DNA of 64,000 nucleotides from Eledone cirrhosa (taxonomy: Eukaryota). Location of the stretch: positions 294,004,001 through 294,068,000 of the forward strand of contig OZ024742.1 of assembly GCA_964016885.1 (NCBI GenBank), written 5' to 3'. The notes under the pieces are model-generated. The model worked only from the letters and a program-made list of their open reading frames with translations, did no database searches and was not told where the DNA came from. Each line of letters starts with the position of its first letter. The first letter of the stretch is position 1. Positions 1 to 10,973 of this stretch are shown here, piece after piece. A program made the translations under genes and the position numbers.

Positions 1-72
1 AATACACATTTGTTTTATAAATAAATATTGACATACCCGGAAAAAAGACAACCTTAACGGTTGGAGCTTCCT

Positions 73-73
<1 letters not shown>

Positions 74-123
<50 letters not shown>
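74..123. repeat. (AT)n microsatellite
   Basis: Perfect AT repeat. Confidence 0.95.
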
Positions 124-125
<2 letters not shown>

Positions 126-1654
126 AAAATGTGAGATCCTTGGTACAGTTAGGTATATTTGAAAAAAAGGAAAAGAATGACTTCACTTGTAGTGTTAAAA
201 AATGTTTGATTTAATTTTATATTATAATATTATGAGTTGGTAGATCCAGTAAGTTCTTTGGGAAGAATTTTAGAGATTCCTGGTTAACTTGGGTTGGAGA
301 ACTTTTTCACATTCGTCTGTCTGTGGCGATTGTCAAACTGAGATTCTTTTCCTTTTTTTCAAATATATATACATATATATATGTCATCACCACCCTTCTT
401 GTTTAATGTTTATTTTTCCATGCTTACATAGGTTAGACAAGTTGTCATGTTATGAGACAAGTCAGGTCAGGTGACCATTTCTTGCCCATACGGATTTGTA
501 TTTTGGCTTTATTTTCATGGCTGGATGCCCTTTCTAATGTCAACCATGTTACTATGTGGACTGGGTGCTTTTTCTCATGGCACCAAAACAACCATGTAAC
601 AGGGTGGACTGGGTGCTTTTCTGTCATTTCACCAGCTTGACCACCGTACAGGGTGGACTGGATGCTTTTTTTCTCATGAGGAACAGCTTTTCTTTTAGAC
701 ATGTATTGAAAACACATGTATTCAAGATTCCTTTTTCATATTTTTGTATAAGTTACTTGGAGTTTGGAACAGTAAAGTTCCTAAATCTTAAATGAGGATT
801 AATGTGTCATCAATCAGGTATTTAGTTTGGTTTGTGATTAATTACATATTTTCTGTGTTTATTTTCAGCATTATACTGTCGTGTTTCCATAATTAATAAT
901 CTATTTTTTGTGGAGGATTCTCTAAAATGAATGATGGAAGCAATATCATAGAAAGTGAACATAAAATCACAATGATGATGATAATCATATTTTGTAATAC
1001 TAAAAGTGTATGTATTGTGTTGGTGATCAAACAGAGAAAATATAGGGTTTGAGAGGACCTTTCAGTCATGATGAGTATGTGAAAACATACTAGTACTGAG
1101 GCCTTAATACTCTCTGTAAATTGTTAGTGTTAGTGCTACAAAAAAAAAATGTATCCAGTACATAGTGCTAGTGGTGGTACCACACACTAAGTACACCCGT
1201 ACACCCTGTAAGATGGTTGGAGTTAAGAAGGCAATCCAGGCATAGAAACTATGCTAAATATGGATCATATAAGTAAGATGAGGTCGCTCTGACCCATCTA
1301 GTCTCAGAACATGACAATCTTTCCAACCTTGAAAGTGGATGACGATGAATCTAAGAAAAAAGTTACATTTTATAAATATAATAAAAAGGTTAGTTATTTG
1401 AAACACTGGAAACATATATCCATAAAAATATTTTTAAAAAAACAAAGGAAAAGAGCCAATTGTCAGATTGGATCAAGGAAATGATTCCATTGGTCCTTCC
1501 ATTGCTGATATTATCCACTGGTTGCAATTCCAGTCAAAAAGAGTAACATAAATTAAAAGAATTTTGCTCAAAAACACGACCCAAATCAAAACTGTACACA
1601 CAACCTTGTGATCATGAATCTAACAGCCTAATTTCTAGGTTACTTGCCTTCATG

Positions 1655-2050
1655 TATCACGAGAAACCTCACAAAAACACTTAATTTTCCAGTTAAACCC
1701 TTTTTCCTATGATTTTATTTCCATTCATCATCTTCCTAGAGATGGTGACATGAATGGACCTATAATTTTTATCTAAATTTTTTTCCTATTTCCCACTGCC
1801 AGTCTTCTCAATCTTTCTATTACTTCTTAAATTTCTCATTCTATTTTCTGATGAAGAACTAGTGTCTGAAACGTTCATCCTTACGGGGGTCGATAAAATA
1901 AAGTACCAGTAATGTACTGAGTAATTGATGGCCTTGTGCCAAAAGTAGAAACAATTATTTTCCTACTATATCAAGCATAAAACTAATAATATATTTCTTC
2001 ATTGTACTGTGTCGTTTGATTTGTTATTTCTGTTTGCCTTTTGTACACAC
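1655..2050 (+). mobile_element. Penelope-like element 3' remnant with hammerhead core, interrupted by SINE B
   Basis: RETSQKHLIFQL resembles the GIY-YIG C-terminal E.HLIF.L motif; CTGATGA-13 nt-GAAACGTT at 1848-1875. Confidence 0.45.
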
Positions 2051-2169
2051 ACACACCCACATATATATATATAATATATATATACTCACACTTGGTTAGA
2101 GTAAACTTAGTACAGACTAATGTTGAGTAAGTAGGAAATAAGATAGGACTCTGGTCCCTTCAGGGAAGT

Positions 2170-2724
2170 GGCTCTGCTCAATATGTAGAAAAAAGAGTAT
2201 GTAGGAACCCTATACAATGAAGACAGTGTAAAACATGGGTCATGGGTACACAAAAGATATAGTGTGATTGTAAGCAGAATAACAGAAAATGTAGGCTTTG
2301 TATGTAAAGGATGCATGACAGGATGGCTGTGTGATGCTTATGTACACAGTTGCATGGAAGTGAAACATGCAGCAAATGCAGCGGATGTGTGAAGGCTTGA
2401 GAGAAATGAAGTGAGCTTGCTGCGATGGATGTGTGGTTTGTTAATATACATGAACAAAGCATGGATGGGCTGAGAGAAAAGCTAGGTAAAATAGTAATCA
2501 AATGTTGTATGCAAGAAAAAAGACTGCGCTGGTATGAACAAGTGATGAGTATGGATGATGATTGTCAGGTGAAGAAGTGCCAGGAGTTCTGAAAGGAAGG
2601 AAGCTGCAGTAGAGGAAGGCAATGGAAGATTTGGTCAGTCGTGAGAGAGAATCCCAAAACGCTGAACCAATGTCCAACCCATACAAGCATTCAAAAGCGG
2701 ACGTAAAAGAATGATGATGATGAT
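2170..2724 (+). mobile_element. Old RTE 3' fragment
   Basis: GACTGCGCTGGTATG (RLRWY-like) and a CCCATACAAGC...GGACGTAAAA(GAT)n terminus like the other RTE copies. Confidence 0.65.
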
Positions 2725-4244
2725 ATATATTATTTTTTTTTTGTTAACATGCTCAGTATGATGAACTGAAATATTTTTTTAATTATTTCTTTATTTTTAA
2801 TCCAATGTTAGTGTTGCTTAACACTTGGTCATTCCTGATCGCGTGTACGTCTACTGTTACATAAATATCGACCGAATCAGAGATACAGTGCTTCACATGT
2901 ACCATACCTAGTCGAATAGTTTAGCATGTAGTCTCAGCAGCAACGTTTAATTATTAACAACAGAGACTGCTTTTTAAAGGCAGTAAAATATACGATAGTG
3001 TTGGCGTGTATATCTTGTCAATTCATGAGATATATCCTTGTTATTAACCCCAAATGCTTAAATTCTGATGTTTCCGAACGATCTTTATTCTATACTCCGA
3101 TTTTGGACATTAAATGTAACATTAATATTGAGAAGAGATCGTTTATGCCTCATTAACTAATTACTGTATGTTCCTGGTTATCAGTGATAGAAAGACGAAA
3201 TCTACATGAACATAAATGGCAACATCGTCGGAAGGTATCATCAAGTATTTAATTTTGCAGTTATAGAAAGTATTTCTTGTCTAAGATTCATTCGTAAATA
3301 AAAATAAAGATGTTTATTCACCGACATTTTAAAACATTAAACATAAGAATCATTAAACATAAAACATGTTTATAGCCATATGTACATATGATCATTAATT
3401 TATATGAATGAATATTATGAATTTATGTAATTTTCAGGCTACTTTACACATTACAATCTGAACCAATTAGTAAAGTCAACCGAGATTATATATAATTATA
3501 TTTTATTAATTTAAAAAGCTCCTTTTGTATTTATTTAGAAATAGAAATAAACATTTGAGTTGACCGGACATGTGTTCAAATCCTAAAAAGAAATATGTAC
3601 ATTGCATTCGTAGCTTACATTAATGTCTAACCCTCATGTAATCTTTATTACTTAATTTATAACGAAATCAATTCGTGAACATTTTACCGTTTTTTAAAAA
3701 TAAAATAATATATTTTATTTATATATTTAAAATGTTGTTTAAATGTAATAACAATACAAGATGTCCGTCACCCAACGCCCGCGCACTAACATACAATTAA
3801 ATTTTTTTCGAATTTGAAATGACTATAAAAACACATTTAAAAAAAATCTTATTTTGAAATACGGAATAATATATTAGATATTTATTAAAATACACTCGGA
3901 ATCCAAGGCGATCTAATCTGCTTATTGGATATTTATAAAAATTTAGCTGTTTTTCTTGTAGATGCCTGCTTATCAGAATAGGTTCATTTTTAATACATTG
4001 CAAAGTAAGATTTATATGGAAACTATATATATATACACAAACACATAAAAACAATATATATATATATATTAATTTCGTTTGAATATATAAAAACAGCAAG
4101 TGTCTGTCGTGTTTTCTCTTATGTTCAGCTTTTGAAAAAAATTTCAACAATGTAATTATTAAAAAAAAACATCTATAATTTATTTAACAAATACTAAGTA
4201 TTGATATAACAGAAAAATTGTCGCCTCTAAACACAATACGCGCG

Positions 4245-4278
<34 letters not shown>

Positions 4279-4394
4279 AAAATATATTTATACATATACG
4301 TGTATATTCTTTTATATAATATAGACTTTAAATCGCCATTTCTCTGTATTGTTGGATGGCAAGATATGAAAACGAGGCAACTATGAATATTAAT

Positions 4395-4500
4395 CACACA
4401 CGTGATCGAAAAAATCTTACACGTGATGCAAAGCGCAAAATTCTATTGGTTATCTACTATTAGCGCGCAAGATATTTTACAGTTTTATATCGAAATCGAG
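4395..4500 (+). promoter_or_regulatory. Putative SRSF2 proximal promoter (two CACGTG E-boxes, inverted CCAAT)
   Basis: ACACGTGAT occurs twice (CACGTG at 4399 and 4420), ATTGG at 4445, and CpGs are locally retained 150-260 bp upstream of the ATG. Confidence 0.5.
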
Positions 4501-4655
4501 GTTCACCGGAAAGACAGCCACAGTTCTGACGATTGAGTATAGAGAAGGTGACTTGTCTGTTTTTTTTTCTTGGGAAGTAGAAAAAATAATAGATATTGCC
4601 GGCTTTTTTCTTGCAAGAGAAAGGTACTGCAATTCAAGTGGTGGATTGGACGAAG

Positions 4656-5603
4656 ATGAGCTACGGACGACGGGGGCCTTCTGAATTAGACTTAGAAGGC
4701 ATGGTTTCACTAAAAGTGGACAATCTTACTTACAGAACAACACCAGAGGATTTACGTCGTGCTTTTGAGAAATATGGCGACGTAGGAGATGTATACATCC
4801 CCCGAGACCGTTTCACCAGGGAAAGCAGAGGGTTTGCTTTTGTGCGCTACCATGATAAACGAGATGCTGACGATGCAATGGATGCCATGGACGGTGCTAT
4901 GATGGATGGAAGAGAACTACGTGTGCAAATGGCCAGATACGGCAGACCGGCTGACCCATATCGAAGAGGTCCTCCACCTCGTCGTTTTGGTGGTGGTGGT
5001 TATAGTTCTTATCGATCAAGAAGACGATCCTATACGAGATCAAGATCGAGGTCACGATCTCGTTCATCACGCCGGCGAAGAAGATCCTATTCCAGGTCTC
5101 GGAGTCGCAGTAGAAGTCGTTCGTACAAAAGCAGATCTAGATCTCGATCGGCATCATATTCTAGATCTAGTCGCAGTAAACACTACAGTCGCAGCCCATC
5201 TCCATCGAGTAAAGGAAAGAAGCGGAGCAGCGCCAGCAGTCGGAGAAGCACGCGGAGTAGGAGCGCCAGTCGAGAAAGAAAGAGCCATTCTCGTAGTCGC
5301 AGTCCCGTCAGTCCAAGACGAAGTCCAGCCAGGAGTAGTGAAGGTCGCGATGGAAGCGAAGGCCGATCTGGTCTTGGAAACAAAAATGTCGGCGGCGGTG
5401 TTGGCAATGCTGGTGCTAGCGCTGGTGGTGCCGGCGGCGGTGGCGGCGGCGGCGGCAGCTCTGGCAGTGTACCACGTGAAAATTCCAAATCCAGGAGTAG
5501 GAGTCGAACCCCTCCCAGCCGGAGTTGTTCTCCTGAGGTAATGTCGGACCGTGGTAGTAACGACCACAACGACTTGGAACAGCAGGTGGACGAAGAAGAT
5601 TGA
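4656..5603 (+). CDS. SRSF2: Serine/arginine-rich splicing factor 2 (SC35), 315 aa, uninterrupted CDS
   Basis: ATG at 4656 gives [65 protein letters not shown]...[15 protein letters not shown], which closely matches the SRSF2 RRM. An RS domain and a Gly-rich tail follow; TGA ends at 5603. Confidence 0.96.
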   Translation: MSYGRRGPSELDLEGMVSLKVDNLTYRTTPEDLRRAFEKYGDVGDVYIPRDRFTRESRGFAFVRYHDKRDADDAMDAMDGAMMDGRELRVQMARYGRPADPYRRGPPPRRFGGGGYSSYRSRRRSYTRSRSRSRSRSSRRRRRSYSRSRSRSRSRSYKSRSRSRSASYSRSSRSKHYSRSPSPSSKGKKRSSASSRRSTRSRSASRERKSHSRSRSPVSPRRSPARSSEGRDGSEGRSGLGNKNVGGGVGNAGASAGGAGGGGGGGGSSGSVPRENSKSRSRSRTPPSRSCSPEVMSDRGSNDHNDLEQQVDEED

Positions 5604-6682
5604 GTGGTTACATCTTTAACAAAAAAAAAAAAAAAAATATGTACAACACCAACAACCAAAAAGGAAAAAAAATACATCAACCACAACAGTAAAGAACACT
5701 GACATATATCTTTGGCAGCAGGTGAGATGGGTTAACTTAATATATACTGGAGTGGTTGTCTTGGAGAAATGAGCGAAAAAAAAAAAATTTTATTTTCACA
5801 TTCATAAGTAGAAAAAAAAAAAAAATTAATGTAAGCTCCAGCGAATGTTGAAACATTTGAAAAGAAAAAAAAAGAATTTTTTTTTTTTTTTTTCGATGCT
5901 GAGTGAATGATGTCAAATTTCATACATCCTTCACAAGAAAAGGGAAATATTTGAAAATAATAACACGGAGGTTTTTTTTCTTTGTAACAAAAAAAAAAAA
6001 AATGATTTTGGCGATGGTAAACGGCATCAGAAAGATGTGAAAATCATTTCACATCAAAAGAAAAGAAAAAAATGCTAAAGTCTCCGGCAAATGATGAAAT
6101 CATTTGAAAATAACGTGGAGTTTCTTTTTTTTTTTTTTTTTTTTCTAAATCTTAAAAATGTTGGCGATGTTGAGTGAATGGCAACTTTAACAGTAGAGAA
6201 AAAAATAATGCCCCCCCACTGTAAACATTGGTGAGAGATTTGCTGCTGTTGATGCTGCTGTCTGCATGGTGTTGCTGTTTCAAATGTAAGACTTACTTTC
6301 TGATAATGTCATTGACTTCTTTTTAAACATTTTTCATTTTTTCCCTCCTCATACTATCTTCTATATAATGTATTTCTCTCCATGGCCATATTAGCTTTTC
6401 ATTACTATAAAAACATGTTCGTCCGAAAGTTTTCCTCATTTTCCCTCCCATCTCCCATTATTGTTACTTACAATGCTACAACTACTAAAGTTGTTAAAAA
6501 AAAACAAAAAAAAAAAGTTATGATGCTCAAATCAACTGATTTTCTTTGTAATGTCATCATGCCTGACGATAAATTTGTATTTTCATTATATAAAATGTGG
6601 TTAGTATATTGTCACGCTAGCTTTTTGGCTGGTTTTTACAACTTAAAACCATTTTCTTTGTATCTTTTAATGGTAAATTTTT

Positions 6683-7145
6683 AGAAGAATACCCCACTCG
6701 ATTTCAGCGGGGAAAATTTTTGTTCCGCGTTTTCTTTCGTGTTTGATTATCTCAGATCTCCAAGATGCTGATAAATCGACTTGATTTCCCACCAAACATG
6801 ATTTGGGGGTGGGTGTAGATCTTCGATGACATGCCTCTTATTTGCTACAAATCTTAGTCGTTTCTGACTGATTTGAAAGTGATGTTGTAAACAAGCGAAA
6901 AAAAAAAAGTCCAATTGCCAGAATCTTGGAGGTCAGAGAAGTTAGTAGCACATGGAAAAAAAAAAATTCGAGAGAAAATTCTAAAAGGGCCCCCGCCATT
7001 TTTTTTCTTTTTTTTTTTTTTTTTTTTTTTTTCGGAAAAAATAAATCGATTTCCAGAATGTTGGTCAGAAGTTGATAGCACGCGAAAGAAAATAAAACGA
7101 TGAAAAAAAAGTGTTTCCCTCTGAAATCGAGAGGGGTGTTCTTCT
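6683..7145 (+). other. Long imperfect inverted repeat (RNA fold-back) in the putative SRSF2 3' UTR
   Basis: AGAAGAATACCCCACTCGATTTCAGCGGGGAA (6683-) is nearly the reverse complement of TTCCCTCTGAAATCGAGAGGGGTGTTCTTCT (-7145). TTTTCTTTCGTG pairs with CGCGAAAGAAAA. AATAAA follows at ~7149. Confidence 0.75.
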
Positions 7146-10100
7146 ATAAATAAATACCCTTTTAATTTTTAAAACTGCATTCAAGTTAAAAAATAACTTG
7201 AGTAGATTTTTATTTTTAAAACTTTTTTTTGCTTAGTTTCTAAATGTTCACCTCATGTAATAAAAACACTTAAAATAACTTCAAATTACAATTCCCCTTT
7301 GTACTCTTGACTTCATGAAATATATTTTATAAAAGAAAACCGGACAAAATAATGGTTTCGATCATTCTAGAGAAATGTTTTCTTTTCGAAAAAGTGGATT
7401 ACTTTTTATTTCATAGTTGGGTTGGTGGATAAATATAATTTTGTGTGATGGCAAAAGAAAGCATATTGAACATTTATCGATTTTTAGTTTTCAGAATGTC
7501 TTATAAATGAGTTAGACCCGAGAATCGCGACGTAGTTTAAAATGAAACCAGCGGTAATGGAATTAAAGTTAATTAGTGGAACATTTTAACAAACTTCATC
7601 GTTTTACATTTTTAATGAAAATTTCATCCCAGCAAACAAGATTTAACATTTCACGTGTCTTGTCAAGTGTGTGTAGTTGAAAATGAAACTAACGATAATG
7701 TAGTATTACACACATTGGTTTCCTTTTAACAAGTTTCATTTTAGTATATATTTTTTTCATATTGCATACGCTTTTAAAATGAAAGTATTTTTACATATAT
7801 ACATGTAAAATTTAATTTGTAAGAATAAAAAAAAAAAAATGTGAATAGTGTGCACTTTCCATAAATCCATTTTAAAAGCGTATATTATGAAAAATAAGAT
7901 CTATAAGTATTCACACTAAAACGAAATTTAGTTTCCGTTAATTCGAGAAAGCCAAAATAATTTATTTTATCTATTGTAATCGGCAAGATTATTACTAGCT
8001 TCATGCACATAAATCTCATTTTTATCTACGCACATTGTTACAATTCTTTTGATATTCCTGGCTCTTCTCCTGTGAAACAAATTAACCAATTTTAAAGGGA
8101 TTTCTATTTAACTATCTTCGAATATAATTTAATGAAACCTTTTTTAATTTTCCATTAAACAATGTACTTCATTAGAAATAGCTATGTAAGAGTTAATAAC
8201 TTGGTATTAATTAGTGGTACTAATTTAAGATAATAAACTTGGGTATTATTATAAGTGAAAATATATCTCCCAGAAATAAAATAGATATATAAGATAAAGG
8301 GCGCATGTGAACATTTTTTTTTTAATGGGATTTATGGCGCAATATAAGTGAATTAGGAAAATAGTCAATATAAATTTGAAATATGCAATTTCCAGGTTTT
8401 TGTTTCATTTTGGTGATGGATCTAGTTCCAGTAATTTAGGAGGTATTTTGTCTTTAAATCCTCCATTAACCTTGATTTCGTTTTTAAGTATGTCGCAATT
8501 CTCCAGATATCGATGTGGGTGATAACATCAGTCAATCTCTTCCTTGCTGTGATTGATATTCTTCAACAAGGATCGAGCCAGTTTGGAATAACAAATGAAC
8601 GAGACATCTACTTCATTATAAAAAAAACAAAAAACAAATAACTCCCTCTTCCAAACCAACCACCCACCTCTGTCTTAGATATTATACTTCGGATGACAAT
8701 ATATTTCTGTCTTGTGTTTTAGGGCGGAGTCAACTCAGACCCGGGGCATGTTCCAGGTTCCTGTTGATTGCTGCCGTTTTGTTGCTGCTTTTTTGATGCC
8801 TCATTTGCATCTGCAGTTGGAAGTGTAACCTCATTTTGGTGGTATCAATTTAATATGTCTTTAGTTATTGATTACTAAAACTAATTACAAATCTAGCATC
8901 GACTCTTATATAAATATATATCCAAACTGTTGACGAGAGCACTCCCCGTTTCTCATTGTCAGACCATACTTTCTATATTTTCTCAGGCAGTTTTACTTAC
9001 TGTAAAAGGGACTTTCCATTATTTTGGGCTATTTTCAAGACTCCAACGACATAATTGACAACCCCGCCACATGCTTCCATTCCCCTCTATATCTCTCCCT
9101 CATTTGCTTCAATATAGTTCTTGACTTTTAGTATAAAGTTGTGAGATACTGATAATAAATCTGCCGACATGCCCTACTGCCGTTGTTGACCCTATTCCAA
9201 TTTTCACTCACCCACCCAACTTAATTATATCGCTGTTATTTTGATTTTGCTTATCCTGTTTCCTAATTTAAATTCCTAAATGTTTTCTAAAGCGTAAATT
9301 TTAAAAGTCTAAAATTTAATATGAAAATATTGTAATTTGTAAGTGACTCCCGAGTCATAAATTTGTTTTAACCCTGTCAATAGGGTCAATTTAAATATTT
9401 GTTTCTTTATACGAAAAATTTGTATGCAACTGTGAAGACCGTTAAAATTATTATCATGGGTGGTGTGTGGTCTATGCTGCAGGGGTAATTGCTGGTTGAC
9501 TGCGGTGCTGTTGTTTGGTTGCCGTCTAGCTGGTAGCTGTAGCTGGTCACTTGCAGTGCTGCTGCTACTGGTCTTGTAGCAGGTCGGTGAGGAGGAGGAG
9601 GAGAGAAGGTGTCTGCTGTTCCTTACACAGTAGCCAAAAAACAAACACAACACATTTTCTGGCTGCTCTCACTTGCACCAGTCTCCTGTGTGGCTGCAGA
9701 GCTCCCAATTATTGTAATGCTGTTGGGCTGAGATAGCTGTGCTGCCGCTGTTTGCTGCTGCTGTTGTGCTGCCGCCGCTGTGCCCCCCCGCTCTCAGAAA
9801 TATTAAACCCGTGTTGCCGTGCTGTTGCTTGGGTGAAAAAACAACCCGTTGCTGTGCTTGAGTCATTTTGATCCTTATTTCATAGGTATGTATTGCAGAA
9901 TTTCTTTTTCCCTTCAATGCAGGTCTTTAAAAAAGGTCACTGAATTGACCTCTCATTTCTGGGGGTCAGACCTTCCTCATTAGCATGCTTTTATTTCCAT
10001 GTTGTACGAACCATTCCTCAATGCACTGGCATGACTATCTGCGGGTGCTGCTAAAACATGGCATAAGGGTTTTTCTCTACGAGATAAATTCTAGACAAGT

Positions 10101-10927
10101 TTTGTTACGTTTAAACCTGTAGTTGCTGTTTTCTGGTTGATCTGTCAATCATTTACAACTGTAATTTCTGTTGCAATTATCACAAGTTACGGGACATCTC
10201 GTGGTACTTTAGTCAATAAAATTGTGACAAAACTTGCAACTACCATTCTTGAAATGTGATCTGTAGACACATAATAGATATTTAACAACTATTGTTTAAA
10301 AATGTGATGTAGAGCAGGATTATTACTCTTTAAACAGGTAAGTGTTTTCTATGTACTGCTACATACACCTGATGAGGAGGAACAAACTGCCAAGAAGTCC
10401 ACCACCAAACTTTGCTATTCCATCAACTGTAATTTCTTCATAAAATACATTTTAACACACTGGTGTTTAGTTTTGTCATCCATTTTCTAACACAAACACA
10501 ATAAGGTCATTTTTAATAACAGCTTTTCATTTTTAACTTTTCGTTTATTGCAGTTTAGGGGATTGGTGTTAAAATGAAACGTTTGGGTGCTCTACAGTTT
10601 GCCTTGAAATTTTGCTGGAGCTTTTAAATATGTATAAAAAAAAAAACCTCTGCTGCTTTCTTTGAAGTTCAATAATCACTGAGGCAGAACGAAAATGGGT
10701 TTCTTGCTTTGCTCATAGTAGCTGCAGTACCAGTTTTAGTGCCTTATATTTAGATGATAGATATGGCAGCCTTAGATTAACATAGCTAAAGTTATAATCT
10801 CAGAAAAGAGAAATTTATCCTTGAAAAGTTCATGTGGTGGCTTGGTGTTTACACAAAACAAAATTAGATATTTCTAAAACCATTACAGTTTAATTTGAGG
10901 TAGTTAAGTATTAGGTTGTTAAAAGGG

Positions 10928-10973
<46 letters not shown>

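Noticed and set aside
4596-4655. 20-aa N-terminal extension of SRSF2 in the ORF track
   Set aside because: It starts at TTG; homology begins at the ATG at 4656 (MSYGR).
4906-5686. Overlapping alternative-frame and antisense ORFs on SRSF2
   Set aside because: By-products of RS/Gly codon repetition; no recognisable domains.
5900-6900. C/D-box snoRNA-like ATGATG...CTGA motifs
   Set aside because: No convincing C box plus D box with terminal stem or recognisable guide; expected by chance in AT-rich sequence.
10370-10410. CTGATGAG hammerhead-like start
   Set aside because: No GAAA after a stem II; at most a decayed remnant.
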